Source: Candidatus Peribacteraceae bacterium
GTDB taxonomy: Bacteria > Patescibacteriota > Gracilibacteria > Peribacterales > Peribacteraceae
Length of the DNA stretch: 53,420 nt
Reading direction: 5' to 3'
Assembly (NCBI GenBank): GCA_028712095.1
Contig: JAQTQU010000002.1
Span: 1-53,420 of the forward strand
A program made the position numbers and the translations under genes. A model generated the notes under the pieces. That model was not told the origin of the DNA. It did not search any database and saw only the letters and a list, made by a program, of their open reading frames with translations. Within the stretch, counting starts at the first letter, position 1; each line of letters begins with the position of its first letter. Below, piece after piece: positions 41,622 through 50,430 of the stretch.

Positions 41622-44600
41622 TCAGTTGTCTAAACTTCTGAGCCAACCCTGAAGGTCCGTCTTCGGTTCCTCCGGTGCATTCGGGCCGTAATGAAGGGAA
41701 CGTTCGAATTTCCATCCGCGATTCAGGTATCTGCGCACATCCGACTGGAACGACTCCAGTGACTTCTGCAGTTCCTTCATGCCTTCTTGTGCCTCTTGGT
41801 ACTTGAACTCATCCGCCTCGCGTCGCTCCAGCCCCGCTTTCCTGAATTTTTTGATGGGGCCGTTATTGAACTTCACGGGGATGAAACCGAGCGCGGACCC
41901 GCTGGTGTTGATATTGATCTTCCCCGTGGACCGATCACGCGCGAAAGGCTGTTCGACCAGCGGAGAGCCCGCCTGATACACGGGAAACTGTGCCGCACGC
42001 GTGGCATGGAGGTTCTTGGCACTCTTCAGCAGAGCTGCATGGCGCTCCGTGAGAGCACCTCCCTCCTCCTGCAGAGCCTCGCGTTCGGCCTCCATTTTCT
42101 TCCAAAACTCCTCCGGCCAAGTGCGTTCCGTACGCGCGGGTAGCGCAGGAATTTCGACGGGAACTTCTCCGCTCCGCAGCACGAGAATCATGTCCAACGC
42201 ATGCTGCAGCTCCCGGATGACTTCAAGCTCCTGCACAAGCCACTCGCGTCCGCCGGTGGCATCGATCACGCCAAGCGCTTCGTAGTACCTGCGGTTATAC
42301 CCCTCCATCCAGAACTGATCCCCGCTCTTTTCCAGTGCAATACCACGACTGGCATCACGCCAGATTTCGGCAGCGGCATCGAGCGTTCCACGCTCATCCA
42401 GAAGCTCGGCCCTCCCCGTCCGTTCGAACACGTCAATGGCATCGGCAACTGCCTTCATTTCCATCAAGAGAAAACCTGCATGACCGAAGAAGCGACTCCA
42501 CCTCTTCGCCGCAACGGACTCGACCGCATGCGCTTCCGGAACCACGGCAGATTTGGCGAGCGGAGGTTCGGCCTCCTTCACCACCCCCGACAGCCGCTCG
42601 AACGCGGCGGGATCCGGTGCCGACTTTGGAGAGACCACTGGTTTCGCCGGAGCCGAAGGTTTGACCGAAGGCTTTGTCGCTGACTTGGGTTTGACGCGCA
42701 ACCCGCTCTCCTCCCCCAGAGCATCCGCGCCTTTCTTCACCTGACGTGCCCCCCACTGCGCGGACCGCAAAGCCGCTCCAGCTCCCTTGCGCGCGCCATA
42801 CTTCGCTGCCCTCCAGGCCATGTATGCTCCAATGGCTTCCGCTCCGAGCACCGCTCCGAGCAATCCGAGTTCCCGCCATACATTCGCTGCCGCATAGTTG
42901 TGAAGATCTTTGGCATCAATGTGGAATTTGAGGTTGGCATTGATCCCGCGGATGTACTCTTCATATCCCTGCTCAAAGATTCCCGAGCCGCTTGTGGCAC
43001 GCTCAATGAGCCGGAAGTACATGCCACGTGCCTGCGCGGTATCGGCGGAAAGAATGTCCTGCAAAACCTGCTCGGCAGTCCTATGGCCCGGCCAATCGGC
43101 GGGAGGGGCGGTACTCTCACCACTCTCCTGTGCAAAGAGTTGCCCGGGTAGCTTCTTCTGTTTCTGCAGAATTTCCTTCATGGGACGTTTCTGGATTGAA
43201 TCAATGGATGTCGGCGCCTGCGTCGTGAGCAGATCTTTGAGAATGGCATTGGATCCGCGCATGACGGCCATTTCGGGCTGAAGTCGCGCGCGAAAATTCC
43301 GCACGATGGAACGCACGCTCTCCACGCGCTCCTGCACATCGGATCGCTTGAGCCACTGCGCCTGTTCCGCAGGCGAAAGCTCATGATAGTAACGCGGCTC
43401 CTCATTACTGGGCGTATCCCACTGCGTGGTGGGTGGTAGACGAAAATGCTTGTAGAGAGGTGCCAGAATCTGCTTGCGCCGCCACGGACGCATCTGAGGA
43501 GTCCATTCTCCAAGCACTTTCCCCGTCGCCACGCGCCACGGTGCATCGTGGAATTCCCAAACGAACGTGGCCTTTTCCGCTTCATTGAAAATGGCATCGA
43601 TCCCTCCAGGAACGGCCACAGTCATGAGAATGTCCTCAAACAGCTTGTCGATTTCCAGCACCTGATTACTGAGCACGCTCTTGTCGATGTGCTCCAGATA
43701 CGTATCGAGCGCAGCGAGTTCGCGTCCCCGTTGCTGCAGCAGATCCGTCTTCATCGCTCCCGCAGGCGGAAATTCATGGGCGTGCTTGCCGGATCCCTCT
43801 TCCGCGGCAAACACCGGACCGGGCTCGATGCAAAGGTGCAGAAGCTGCCGGAATTTGCGAAGATGAATGGCATTGAATTCCAGATAATCACCGATGAGTT
43901 CCTGATGCTCCTTTGCGAGTGATTTCTTTTCCGTGGAGGAAGCACTGTCCATTTTGCCGCTCAGTTCATTCTCACGCTTGAGCAGGGCATCCATATGCCG
44001 CTGCATCAGTGCACTGCGCAGATGAAAAACAGGGCTGACGGGAATCGTGCGCTCCACTTTTTTCAATCCCAGCCATTCTTTGCGATGCAGAGGAAAACCG
44101 ACGGTAACCGAGAGAACCTGCTGAATCTGTGTATCCAGCTTGCTCATGTAAACATTGAGATCTTTGCCTGCTTCTGTGGGGAGATTACCCAGAACAGCGC
44201 GAATCTCCGCATCGGGCGCTTTGGCATTGCGAAGCCGGCGCACGCGTGCGCAGAGCAATGATTGTTCCAGCAGTGGTTTCAATTGCGTAAGCTGTGTACG
44301 TACTGCACGTTCCAGTTCGGCATCCCGCGGAAGGCTTTGCAGCGCAGAAGAGCGGGTAATCGCAGCTTCATACCGCTGAACCTCCTCGAGCAACAGGTTG
44401 ATCCAAAACTGCTGGTAAAGAGTCCCTCTGATACGCCAATCCAGATCTTCGATTTTTTCCAGTGCCGCATCCGGTGCAATATCCACAGGGACGACCTGCT
44501 CGGGATTGCGCGGGTCGGGTCGCAGAATCGCGATCGGCGTGCCCTTCTTTTGCTGGCGCTGCACGCTCTGCTGCAGTCGAAGCCTTTCTAAAAGCTGGAT

Positions 44601-44876
44601 CCGCAGCACCAAATCGCGTGCCAGCGCAAAAGAGAGTGGCACCGCATCATGCGCATCCGCCGCCTCAGGAACGGACTTTTTTCCGGTGAGGATCTTCTCC
44701 AGTTCATCGATCTGTCTCTGCAGTTCCTGCTCGTTATATTTCCCCTGACTGGAGTACATGTACTCCCAACGATCCAGTTCCGAAAGAGGATACTCCCCAT
44801 CCTTCAGAGGATGTCCATCGTTCGCACGAGAGAGGTCATCAGCAGAAGACCGAAGATTTTTTTCTGGTTCTGGCAT
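41622..44876 (-). CDS. Large ORFan (1084 aa), mostly helical/coiled-coil with a central membrane hairpin
   Basis: ATG 44876 lies 22 nt after the upstream stop, and the tracked start at 45134 would overlap that gene. Central hydrophobic segment: WRELGLLGAVLGAEAIGAYMAW. No family is recognised. Confidence 0.75.
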   Translation of the reverse strand: MPEPEKNLRSSADDLSRANDGHPLKDGEYPLSELDRWEYMYSSQGKYNEQELQRQIDELEKILTGKKSVPEAADAHDAVPLSFALARDLVLRIQLLERLRLQQSVQRQQKKGTPIAILRPDPRNPEQVVPVDIAPDAALEKIEDLDWRIRGTLYQQFWINLLLEEVQRYEAAITRSSALQSLPRDAELERAVRTQLTQLKPLLEQSLLCARVRRLRNAKAPDAEIRAVLGNLPTEAGKDLNVYMSKLDTQIQQVLSVTVGFPLHRKEWLGLKKVERTIPVSPVFHLRSALMQRHMDALLKRENELSGKMDSASSTEKKSLAKEHQELIGDYLEFNAIHLRKFRQLLHLCIEPGPVFAAEEGSGKHAHEFPPAGAMKTDLLQQRGRELAALDTYLEHIDKSVLSNQVLEIDKLFEDILMTVAVPGGIDAIFNEAEKATFVWEFHDAPWRVATGKVLGEWTPQMRPWRRKQILAPLYKHFRLPPTTQWDTPSNEEPRYYHELSPAEQAQWLKRSDVQERVESVRSIVRNFRARLQPEMAVMRGSNAILKDLLTTQAPTSIDSIQKRPMKEILQKQKKLPGQLFAQESGESTAPPADWPGHRTAEQVLQDILSADTAQARGMYFRLIERATSGSGIFEQGYEEYIRGINANLKFHIDAKDLHNYAAANVWRELGLLGAVLGAEAIGAYMAWRAAKYGARKGAGAALRSAQWGARQVKKGADALGEESGLRVKPKSATKPSVKPSAPAKPVVSPKSAPDPAAFERLSGVVKEAEPPLAKSAVVPEAHAVESVAAKRWSRFFGHAGFLLMEMKAVADAIDVFERTGRAELLDERGTLDAAAEIWRDASRGIALEKSGDQFWMEGYNRRYYEALGVIDATGGREWLVQELEVIRELQHALDMILVLRSGEVPVEIPALPARTERTWPEEFWKKMEAEREALQEEGGALTERHAALLKSAKNLHATRAAQFPVYQAGSPLVEQPFARDRSTGKININTSGSALGFIPVKFNNGPIKKFRKAGLERREADEFKYQEAQEGMKELQKSLESFQSDVRRYLNRGWKFERSLHYGPNAPEEPKTDLQGWLRSLDN

Positions 44877-44898
44877 TTGTGTGTGTTTGAAGCGAAGG

Positions 44899-45597
44899 CT
44901 AGCCCAATCCGGGCGGCAGCGGACTGACGTGCCACGGACCCGATGGTGCCGGCGGCGGTGCCGGAATAATGGGAGGAGCTTCGGTTGCCCTCCGCAGAAC
45001 ATCGGCAGGAGCGGTCTCCGCAAGACCGTGCAACCACGCCATGATCGTATTGCCGGCATAATGCCAGGTTGCATACCCTCCGGCGACAAGGCAGGCCATG
45101 AGGAGAACGGCGATAATCGGATGATGCAGTGCAAATCCCTTCATCCGATCCCAAGCTCTGCGCATCATGGTTTTCTTCTCCGGCGACGTGACGTCTTTCA
45201 TGAATTTTTCTTTGGCAGACACCGCCTCACCCGCCACCTCAAGCTGCCTGCGCAATTCCTCAGGATTGAAATCATGAATTTTGCGCAGGTACTCCTCATG
45301 CTCCATGAGTTTTACAAAGAGCTGCTCACGCCCCCCAACGCTCTGCATCTGCGTGAGCACTTCATCCACTTTAAGCTCCAGAAACTGGGAGATCACTTCA
45401 GGCGTGGCTTTGAAGGGCATGCGCTCAACATCTTTCTTTCCGCCATCGGGCTGCGAGCGTTGAACAGTGTCCATGATGCGTTGGTGGGAAAATGTGGAAG
45501 AGTCGGGGATTGCATGATCAACCGTTCCGGACTGGTATTCCGACAGCGAATGATCATCGGGAGAAGAAGGAGCAGGAACGGAAGCGGAGGAGGTCAT
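44899..45597 (-). CDS. ORFan membrane protein (232 aa)
   Basis: TM segment HHPIIAVLLMACLVAGGYATW, with a Pro-rich tail. No family is recognised. Confidence 0.7.
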   Translation of the reverse strand: MTSSASVPAPSSPDDHSLSEYQSGTVDHAIPDSSTFSHQRIMDTVQRSQPDGGKKDVERMPFKATPEVISQFLELKVDEVLTQMQSVGGREQLFVKLMEHEEYLRKIHDFNPEELRRQLEVAGEAVSAKEKFMKDVTSPEKKTMMRRAWDRMKGFALHHPIIAVLLMACLVAGGYATWHYAGNTIMAWLHGLAETAPADVLRRATEAPPIIPAPPPAPSGPWHVSPLPPGLG

Positions 45598-45635
45598 AAG
45601 CGTGTGTGTATTGTGTTTATGTGGTCATGATGGAA

Positions 45636-46046
45636 TCACACAGAGATATATGATTGCAGAAGAGAATGGCGAATGAGTGCCAGTGCAACAATATCCTCAA
45701 GCTCTGCATCCGTTTTTGCCTGCAGAAGAAGTCCTTCGATGAGCTTCGAAAGAATGGAAGGGCCTACGGCAAAAGTCAGCTCGGCAAGATCATCGTCCGC
45801 AACCCCCTTCAGGTCCGTCTGTGCCAGAAGCTCCGCAAGTTGCCCGGAAGAGAGCCCAACTGCGCGCTTCTGCACAGCGAGAAGTTTAGGATCGTGCAAC
45901 CGCAAAAGAGCCATACGCATGGAGAGTTTCTCTTCGGCATCCTGAAACTGCCCCTTTTCCTCCTCCACCGTCCACCCCTCCCGAAGCTTCGCCGGAAGGG
46001 CCTGAAACACCTTCTGTTCCTCGGCAGTAAGGAAAAGTGTATTCAC
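45636..46046 (-). CDS. ORFan (136 aa)
   Basis: The GTG start overlaps the csaB stop (GTGA). The protein is helical and acidic. Confidence 0.65.
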   Translation of the reverse strand: MNTLFLTAEEQKVFQALPAKLREGWTVEEEKGQFQDAEEKLSMRMALLRLHDPKLLAVQKRAVGLSSGQLAELLAQTDLKGVADDDLAELTFAVGPSILSKLIEGLLLQAKTDAELEDIVALALIRHSLLQSYISV

Positions 46047-47014
46047 GACTGTATTTTAGCAGAAACGCGTAATTCTGGGAATAGCGCACTCTTCAGCTGC
46101 CGTTCACCGTCTGCGAGGAGAGCGGCAATGCCTGAGGATGACATCCCGGAGAGCGAAGCGAGCTTGTCCCCCTCCCCTTGCGGTACCACCTCAAAGGGAA
46201 CGCCGAGGGCAAGAGCCGCAAGCGCGCCATGGTAGCGCTGGGAGAAAACAAAATCCGCCTGACCCACAGAGCGGCAGAGTGCCCCGACCGACCGGACCGG
46301 AACAATGACTGAGTCGGGCTGCGAAAGGACATGCGCGATGGAGTGGCAGACCTCCCGCTCCTGAGGGTCATCGGGTTGAAGAGAGAGAATGCGCACCGCC
46401 TGCCATGTCCCGCTCTTCCAGAGTTGCACCGCCCGCTCCGAGAACGAAGATGGAGAATTTTTCCGTGGAATTATTACGAGCAATTTTTGTGAACTTGTAT
46501 CTCTCTTCTGCGCTGTAAATAGAGAAAAAACTGGATCACATGTTTGAATAATATTTGTGTTCTTCCTCCATAGGTTCACGCGCTGAAACGATGCCGCATC
46601 GCGCACACTGACAAACGCGGCATGAGCAATAGCCCACCGCGCAAACCACTCCCCCGCCCTCGTGCGGAATGGACCGATCCCCTGAAAGGCGAGAAAGAAC
46701 GGCTTGCCGAGGAGCCAACAGACGAATGCATGCCACCACCAGAGCAGACAGGCGTACACGGACTCTGTATCCGTGAAGAGCGTTCCTCCACCGAAGACGA
46801 GTCCGTCGCTTTTCCACAGTGCCGCGAGCGTCCTCCACCAGTGGGCCAGAAAGAATGACCGGATCCCCGCGGGAAGCCGTGGCAGCTTCCCTTCTTTGGG
46901 ATGAGCTGAAAGCACTCGAAATTTCGCTTCGGGAAAAGCGGAGAGGAAATACTCCTTCAAAGCTTCGTCTCCGAAGTTACCCGTGCCGTAATTTCCGACC
47001 AGCAAATAGTGCAC
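46043..47014 (-). CDS. csaB: Polysaccharide pyruvyl transferase, CsaB-like
   Basis: The N-terminus YLLVGNYGTGNFGDEALKEY and the C-terminal QRYHGALAALALGVPF are typical of the pyruvyl-transferase (CsaB) family. The start is GTG. Confidence 0.8.
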   Translation of the reverse strand: MHYLLVGNYGTGNFGDEALKEYFLSAFPEAKFRVLSAHPKEGKLPRLPAGIRSFFLAHWWRTLAALWKSDGLVFGGGTLFTDTESVYACLLWWWHAFVCWLLGKPFFLAFQGIGPFRTRAGEWFARWAIAHAAFVSVRDAASFQRVNLWRKNTNIIQTCDPVFSLFTAQKRDTSSQKLLVIIPRKNSPSSFSERAVQLWKSGTWQAVRILSLQPDDPQEREVCHSIAHVLSQPDSVIVPVRSVGALCRSVGQADFVFSQRYHGALAALALGVPFEVVPQGEGDKLASLSGMSSSGIAALLADGERQLKSALFPELRVSAKIQS

Positions 47015-47146
47015 GAGCGCAGTATACAGGGAGCTGTATGCAGTATTCAGGGGAACCTCTGAAAAGGGAGCGTACTGTCACAGTGAGCACTGTCGAACTG
47101 CGACAATTTCTCGCATGACATGCTTTCGGGATACGTACCTTCTGGC

Positions 47147-47599
47147 CTATTCCGCTTTCTTTTCCTCTTTCGCTTCAGTCTCGACAGCCGCCTCCTTGAC
47201 CGGCTCTGGTGCAGCAACGGCAACGTCGAATTCCCCTCCAGTCGTGAAGCGCTCGCTCAGGCGTGCGGACTTACCCAGACGGCCCCGGAGGAAGTTCAAC
47301 TTCGCCCGACGGACTGTAGCGACTTTCTTCACATCGATCTTCTTGATCACCGGTGATGCAAGCGGAAAATTCTTCTCGACTCCCACCCCCGACGCAATAC
47401 GACGGACCGTGATGGTGCGGTCTGTCGGCACATGCCCGTTATGGACACCGATCACCAGCCCCTCGAAGATCTGGATGCGCGCCTTGCCGCCTTCTTCATC
47501 CTGAATCTGCTCGTGCACACGCACGGTGTACCCGGGCTTGATCTCGGGATGCTTGGGAAGAAAACGTTCTGCCTGTTCACGGAGAATCTGATGAACCAT
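47147..47599 (-). CDS. rplS: 50S ribosomal protein L19 with acidic/Lys-rich C-terminal extension
   Basis: PEIKPGYTVRVH..I.......RIQIFEGLVIG......TDRTITVRRIASGVGVEKNFPL.SP.I..I.V matches L19. Confidence 0.95.
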   Translation of the reverse strand: MVHQILREQAERFLPKHPEIKPGYTVRVHEQIQDEEGGKARIQIFEGLVIGVHNGHVPTDRTITVRRIASGVGVEKNFPLASPVIKKIDVKKVATVRRAKLNFLRGRLGKSARLSERFTTGGEFDVAVAAPEPVKEAAVETEAKEEKKAE

Positions 47600-47653
47600 G
47601 GAAAATGCTGAGGCAGTTTACAGAGATAAAAAGCCACTGTAAAGCAAAATGAA

Positions 47654-47786
47654 GGACTTAGGACATGGGACTTGGGACAGAGGTAAGCGATATCCAATAC
47701 CCTCTATCTACAAAAGAGCTGTGCAAGACTCATAGTTAAACAACTCATGGAATAACTCCAAGTCCTCTGTCCTATGTCCTCTGTCC
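47654..47786 (-). promoter_or_regulatory. rplS upstream region: two ~29-nt arms of degenerate GGACNNN heptads in inverted orientation around an AT-rich 74-nt core
   Basis: On the plus strand the left arm is GGACTTAGGACATGGGACTTGGGACAGAGG (47654..47683) and the right arm is CCAAGTCCTCTGTCCTATGTCCTCTGTCC (47758..47786). Perfect sub-pairings include GGACAGAGG/CCTCTGTCC and GGACTTGG/CCAAGTCC. Confidence 0.4.
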
Positions 47787-48379
47787 TATTTTTTCAATGC
47801 CTCCTCGATCTGCTTCTGCAACGAGTTCGTAATAAGCAGATGCCGTGGATCGCTGAGAATCTCTGTCACAAAGCGGTCTTTCAGGCTCAAGCGGTAGAGA
47901 AAATCCCCCTCTGAGAAGATGGAGTACTTCACGTTCTTGAGACTGGGATCCTGCAGGAGGAGCGCCTCGAGCATCTCCTTCTTCAGGTCTCCGACGATAA
48001 ACAGATCCACCTTGCTCTCGGATCCCACAAAGGTGCCGGCGAGCAGAATGAGCCTGATGCCCGGGAGCTTCTTCAGGCTTGCCACAATAGGACTCTCTGC
48101 CTGAATCTCTTTGGTGAAAATGCCACGCAGCTCACTGAACAGAGGAAAATCGGGATCCACGTGGTAGTACTTCTTGCGGTTGCGGTGCCGCGCGCGCACG
48201 AGTCCGATCCTGCGCAGGTTCTCAAGCTCCCGGCGGATACTGTTGATCTGCTCATGGAGAAGACGCGTGAGTTCGCGAATGAAATACTCCTCTTCCGGGT
48301 GGAGGAGGAATGTCGAGAGGAGCTTCACGCGCGTCTGCGAACTGAACAGTGCTTTGAGGATCAAGGACGACACGAGCAC
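47786..48379 (-). CDS. Winged-helix (ArsR-like) transcriptional regulator with C-terminal extra domain
   Basis: ILKALFSSQTRVKLLSTFLLHPEEEYFIRELTRLLHEQINSIRRELENLRRIGLV is a classic wHTH N-terminus. The start is GTG. Confidence 0.7.
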   Translation of the reverse strand: MLVSSLILKALFSSQTRVKLLSTFLLHPEEEYFIRELTRLLHEQINSIRRELENLRRIGLVRARHRNRKKYYHVDPDFPLFSELRGIFTKEIQAESPIVASLKKLPGIRLILLAGTFVGSESKVDLFIVGDLKKEMLEALLLQDPSLKNVKYSIFSEGDFLYRLSLKDRFVTEILSDPRHLLITNSLQKQIEEALKK

Positions 48380-48384
48380 AAACA

Positions 48385-48398
48385 GTACTCATGAGTAC
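48385..48398. promoter_or_regulatory. Perfect 14-bp palindrome GTACTCATGAGTAC, 6 nt upstream of the regulator start; candidate operator
   Basis: Seen directly in the sequence. It lies in the divergent intergenic region between the regulator and the polytopic membrane gene. Confidence 0.4.
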
Positions 48399-48627
48399 AC
48401 AGATAGTGCAAGAAAAGTGATCAGACAATTGATCTATGATTTTGTTCAGGAATATGGCTTACTTAGGCCTAAAATGTTCATTAGAGGCAAAAATTCGTTA
48501 AAGATATGAACACTAATTATACTCAACTGTGAGGACATATTGTGTTCTAAGTATACTTTTCATCACCTTCCCTGTTCCGACCCTGTAGACAGAGAGCCAA
48601 TTGAGTAAAAACGCAAAACATGATAAA

Positions 48628-50421
48628 ATGATTCGAATGCCAACAAAAAGAAAAATCCTGCTGGGAACACTCTCTCTTCTGCTCCTCGTGTGGATCATGG
48701 GAACAGACGGGGTGGGCGGCCTTGCGTTCATGGAGACGGCAAAGGCCGCGGATGCGACCGATCCGTTCTTCAATGCACTGAATCAAGCTATGAGCTATCT
48801 GGGCGCCTTCGCACATTTCCTCATCTACATCCTCACGGCAATTTGCGGGATGCTTCTCGATCCCACGTTTATCAATTTGCGTACGGATGGACAATCCATG
48901 GGGGCAATGCTCCTAAAACTCTGGCAAATTTCGCGCAATATCACCAATATTCTGCTCGCGTTCCTGCTCATCATCGGCGCGATCATGACCGTGGTCTTCG
49001 CCGAGGGCGGCTACGTGCAGAAGTACGCCGTGAAGTTCGTGCTCGCGGTGATCCTCGTCAATTTTTCGTGGTTCTTTCCGCGGGTCGTGCTGGATCTTGC
49101 AAATATCCTCACGGCAACGGTCTATTCGCTCCCCAGTGCCATAAATACGCAATGTATCGCCTATGACAACAAAGGGGATGTTGATCCGGACGGATGCAAA
49201 ATCATCACGGATTATGCATTCTTCCAGACCAATGATCCGCCAGGAATGATCTGTCCTTTGGATTTCGGAGCGAAGAACAAAATTGTCTGCATCAGAGAGG
49301 AATCTCTCGATCCGCAAGCCAATACGCCCAATTCCATCATGGGAGCTCTGGTCTATAACCACGCACGATTCAAGTACTTTGGACAAGTAGTGCAACCATC
49401 GGCGAATCAGGGTGGCGGGGCGAATCCGCTTGCCGGCCCGGCTGCACTCTCGCGCCTGCCACAGCTCCTCACGTTCACACTGCTCATGTCGGTCATGATC
49501 TTCTTTAGTTTTGCGCTGCTCTTTCCTCTGCTGGCGTTAACCCTCGTGCTACTCATCCGCATCCCCATCATCTGGATCACGGTGGCCTTCATGCCCTTCA
49601 TGTTCATCGGCTTCGTGGCGGGTGACAGCCCTGCACTGAAGGCCTTCAACCCCATGGAAATCTGGAACAAGTTTCTGCATGCGGCGTTCATTCCGGTGGT
49701 CTCGGCCATCCCCTTCTCCATCGGCTTCATCATGATCAATGTAGCTATGGCCAATCCGCCGACGGGATGGACTCCCGATCATCCCTTTCTGAGAAGATTT
49801 CCGATGCCTGCCCTGCCCGGAGCCGGAAATCTTTGGCAAATCATTTGGATAGGCATGTCGATCGCCGTCGTATGGATGGGCGCGAAGGCCGCGTTCAAAA
49901 CAGACGCACTCTTCGAAAAATTCGCGTCGCCCATCATGAATGCCGGCGGCTCCATCGGCAAACTGATGATGAAGCTGCCGCTCCTCCTGCCGCTGCCGAT
50001 GCCGGGAGCACAGGGCGCGTTGGCCGACCTGAACCTGGGACAGGCGCTCAACGTTGCCAAAGCCCCCGACCAACTGCTCGCGCCCAAATTCTATCTGCCG
50101 CCGCTGGGCGGCGCAGGAGGCAGTGGAGCGGCAGCAGGGGCAGCCGCGACCAGAGTCGCCAATCAGATCATCAATACCAACATCCACCAGACCATTAACA
50201 CCGAAGTGCAAAAGTTCAATACGGCTGGCAATGATGCTGCGGGTCAGGCTATCCGTGATCAAGCCATACAAAAGATCCGTGAAGAATTACAGAAATCTGC
50301 CACACAGGCCGGCGAAACGCTTGATCTCACGAATCGTCAGAATCTGATCGACGTCATGCGCAAAGTCGCCGACAAGGTTCCGGGCTCACCCAGAATTCTG
50401 GACGAGAGCAAGATCAAATAA
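48628..50421 (+). CDS. Polytopic membrane protein (~9 TM) with Cys-containing external loop and long soluble C-terminal tail
   Basis: Multiple hydrophobic helices are present. One loop contains four Cys residues (QCIAYDN...DGCKII...MICPLDF...IVCIRE). The tail is Gln/Asn-rich. TTG 48601 is an alternative start. The topology is reminiscent of VirB6/TrbL, but I cannot show homology. Confidence 0.75.
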   Translation: MIRMPTKRKILLGTLSLLLLVWIMGTDGVGGLAFMETAKAADATDPFFNALNQAMSYLGAFAHFLIYILTAICGMLLDPTFINLRTDGQSMGAMLLKLWQISRNITNILLAFLLIIGAIMTVVFAEGGYVQKYAVKFVLAVILVNFSWFFPRVVLDLANILTATVYSLPSAINTQCIAYDNKGDVDPDGCKIITDYAFFQTNDPPGMICPLDFGAKNKIVCIREESLDPQANTPNSIMGALVYNHARFKYFGQVVQPSANQGGGANPLAGPAALSRLPQLLTFTLLMSVMIFFSFALLFPLLALTLVLLIRIPIIWITVAFMPFMFIGFVAGDSPALKAFNPMEIWNKFLHAAFIPVVSAIPFSIGFIMINVAMANPPTGWTPDHPFLRRFPMPALPGAGNLWQIIWIGMSIAVVWMGAKAAFKTDALFEKFASPIMNAGGSIGKLMMKLPLLLPLPMPGAQGALADLNLGQALNVAKAPDQLLAPKFYLPPLGGAGGSGAAAGAAATRVANQIINTNIHQTINTEVQKFNTAGNDAAGQAIRDQAIQKIREELQKSATQAGETLDLTNRQNLIDVMRKVADKVPGSPRILDESKIK

Positions 50422-50430
50422 TGTCCACCC

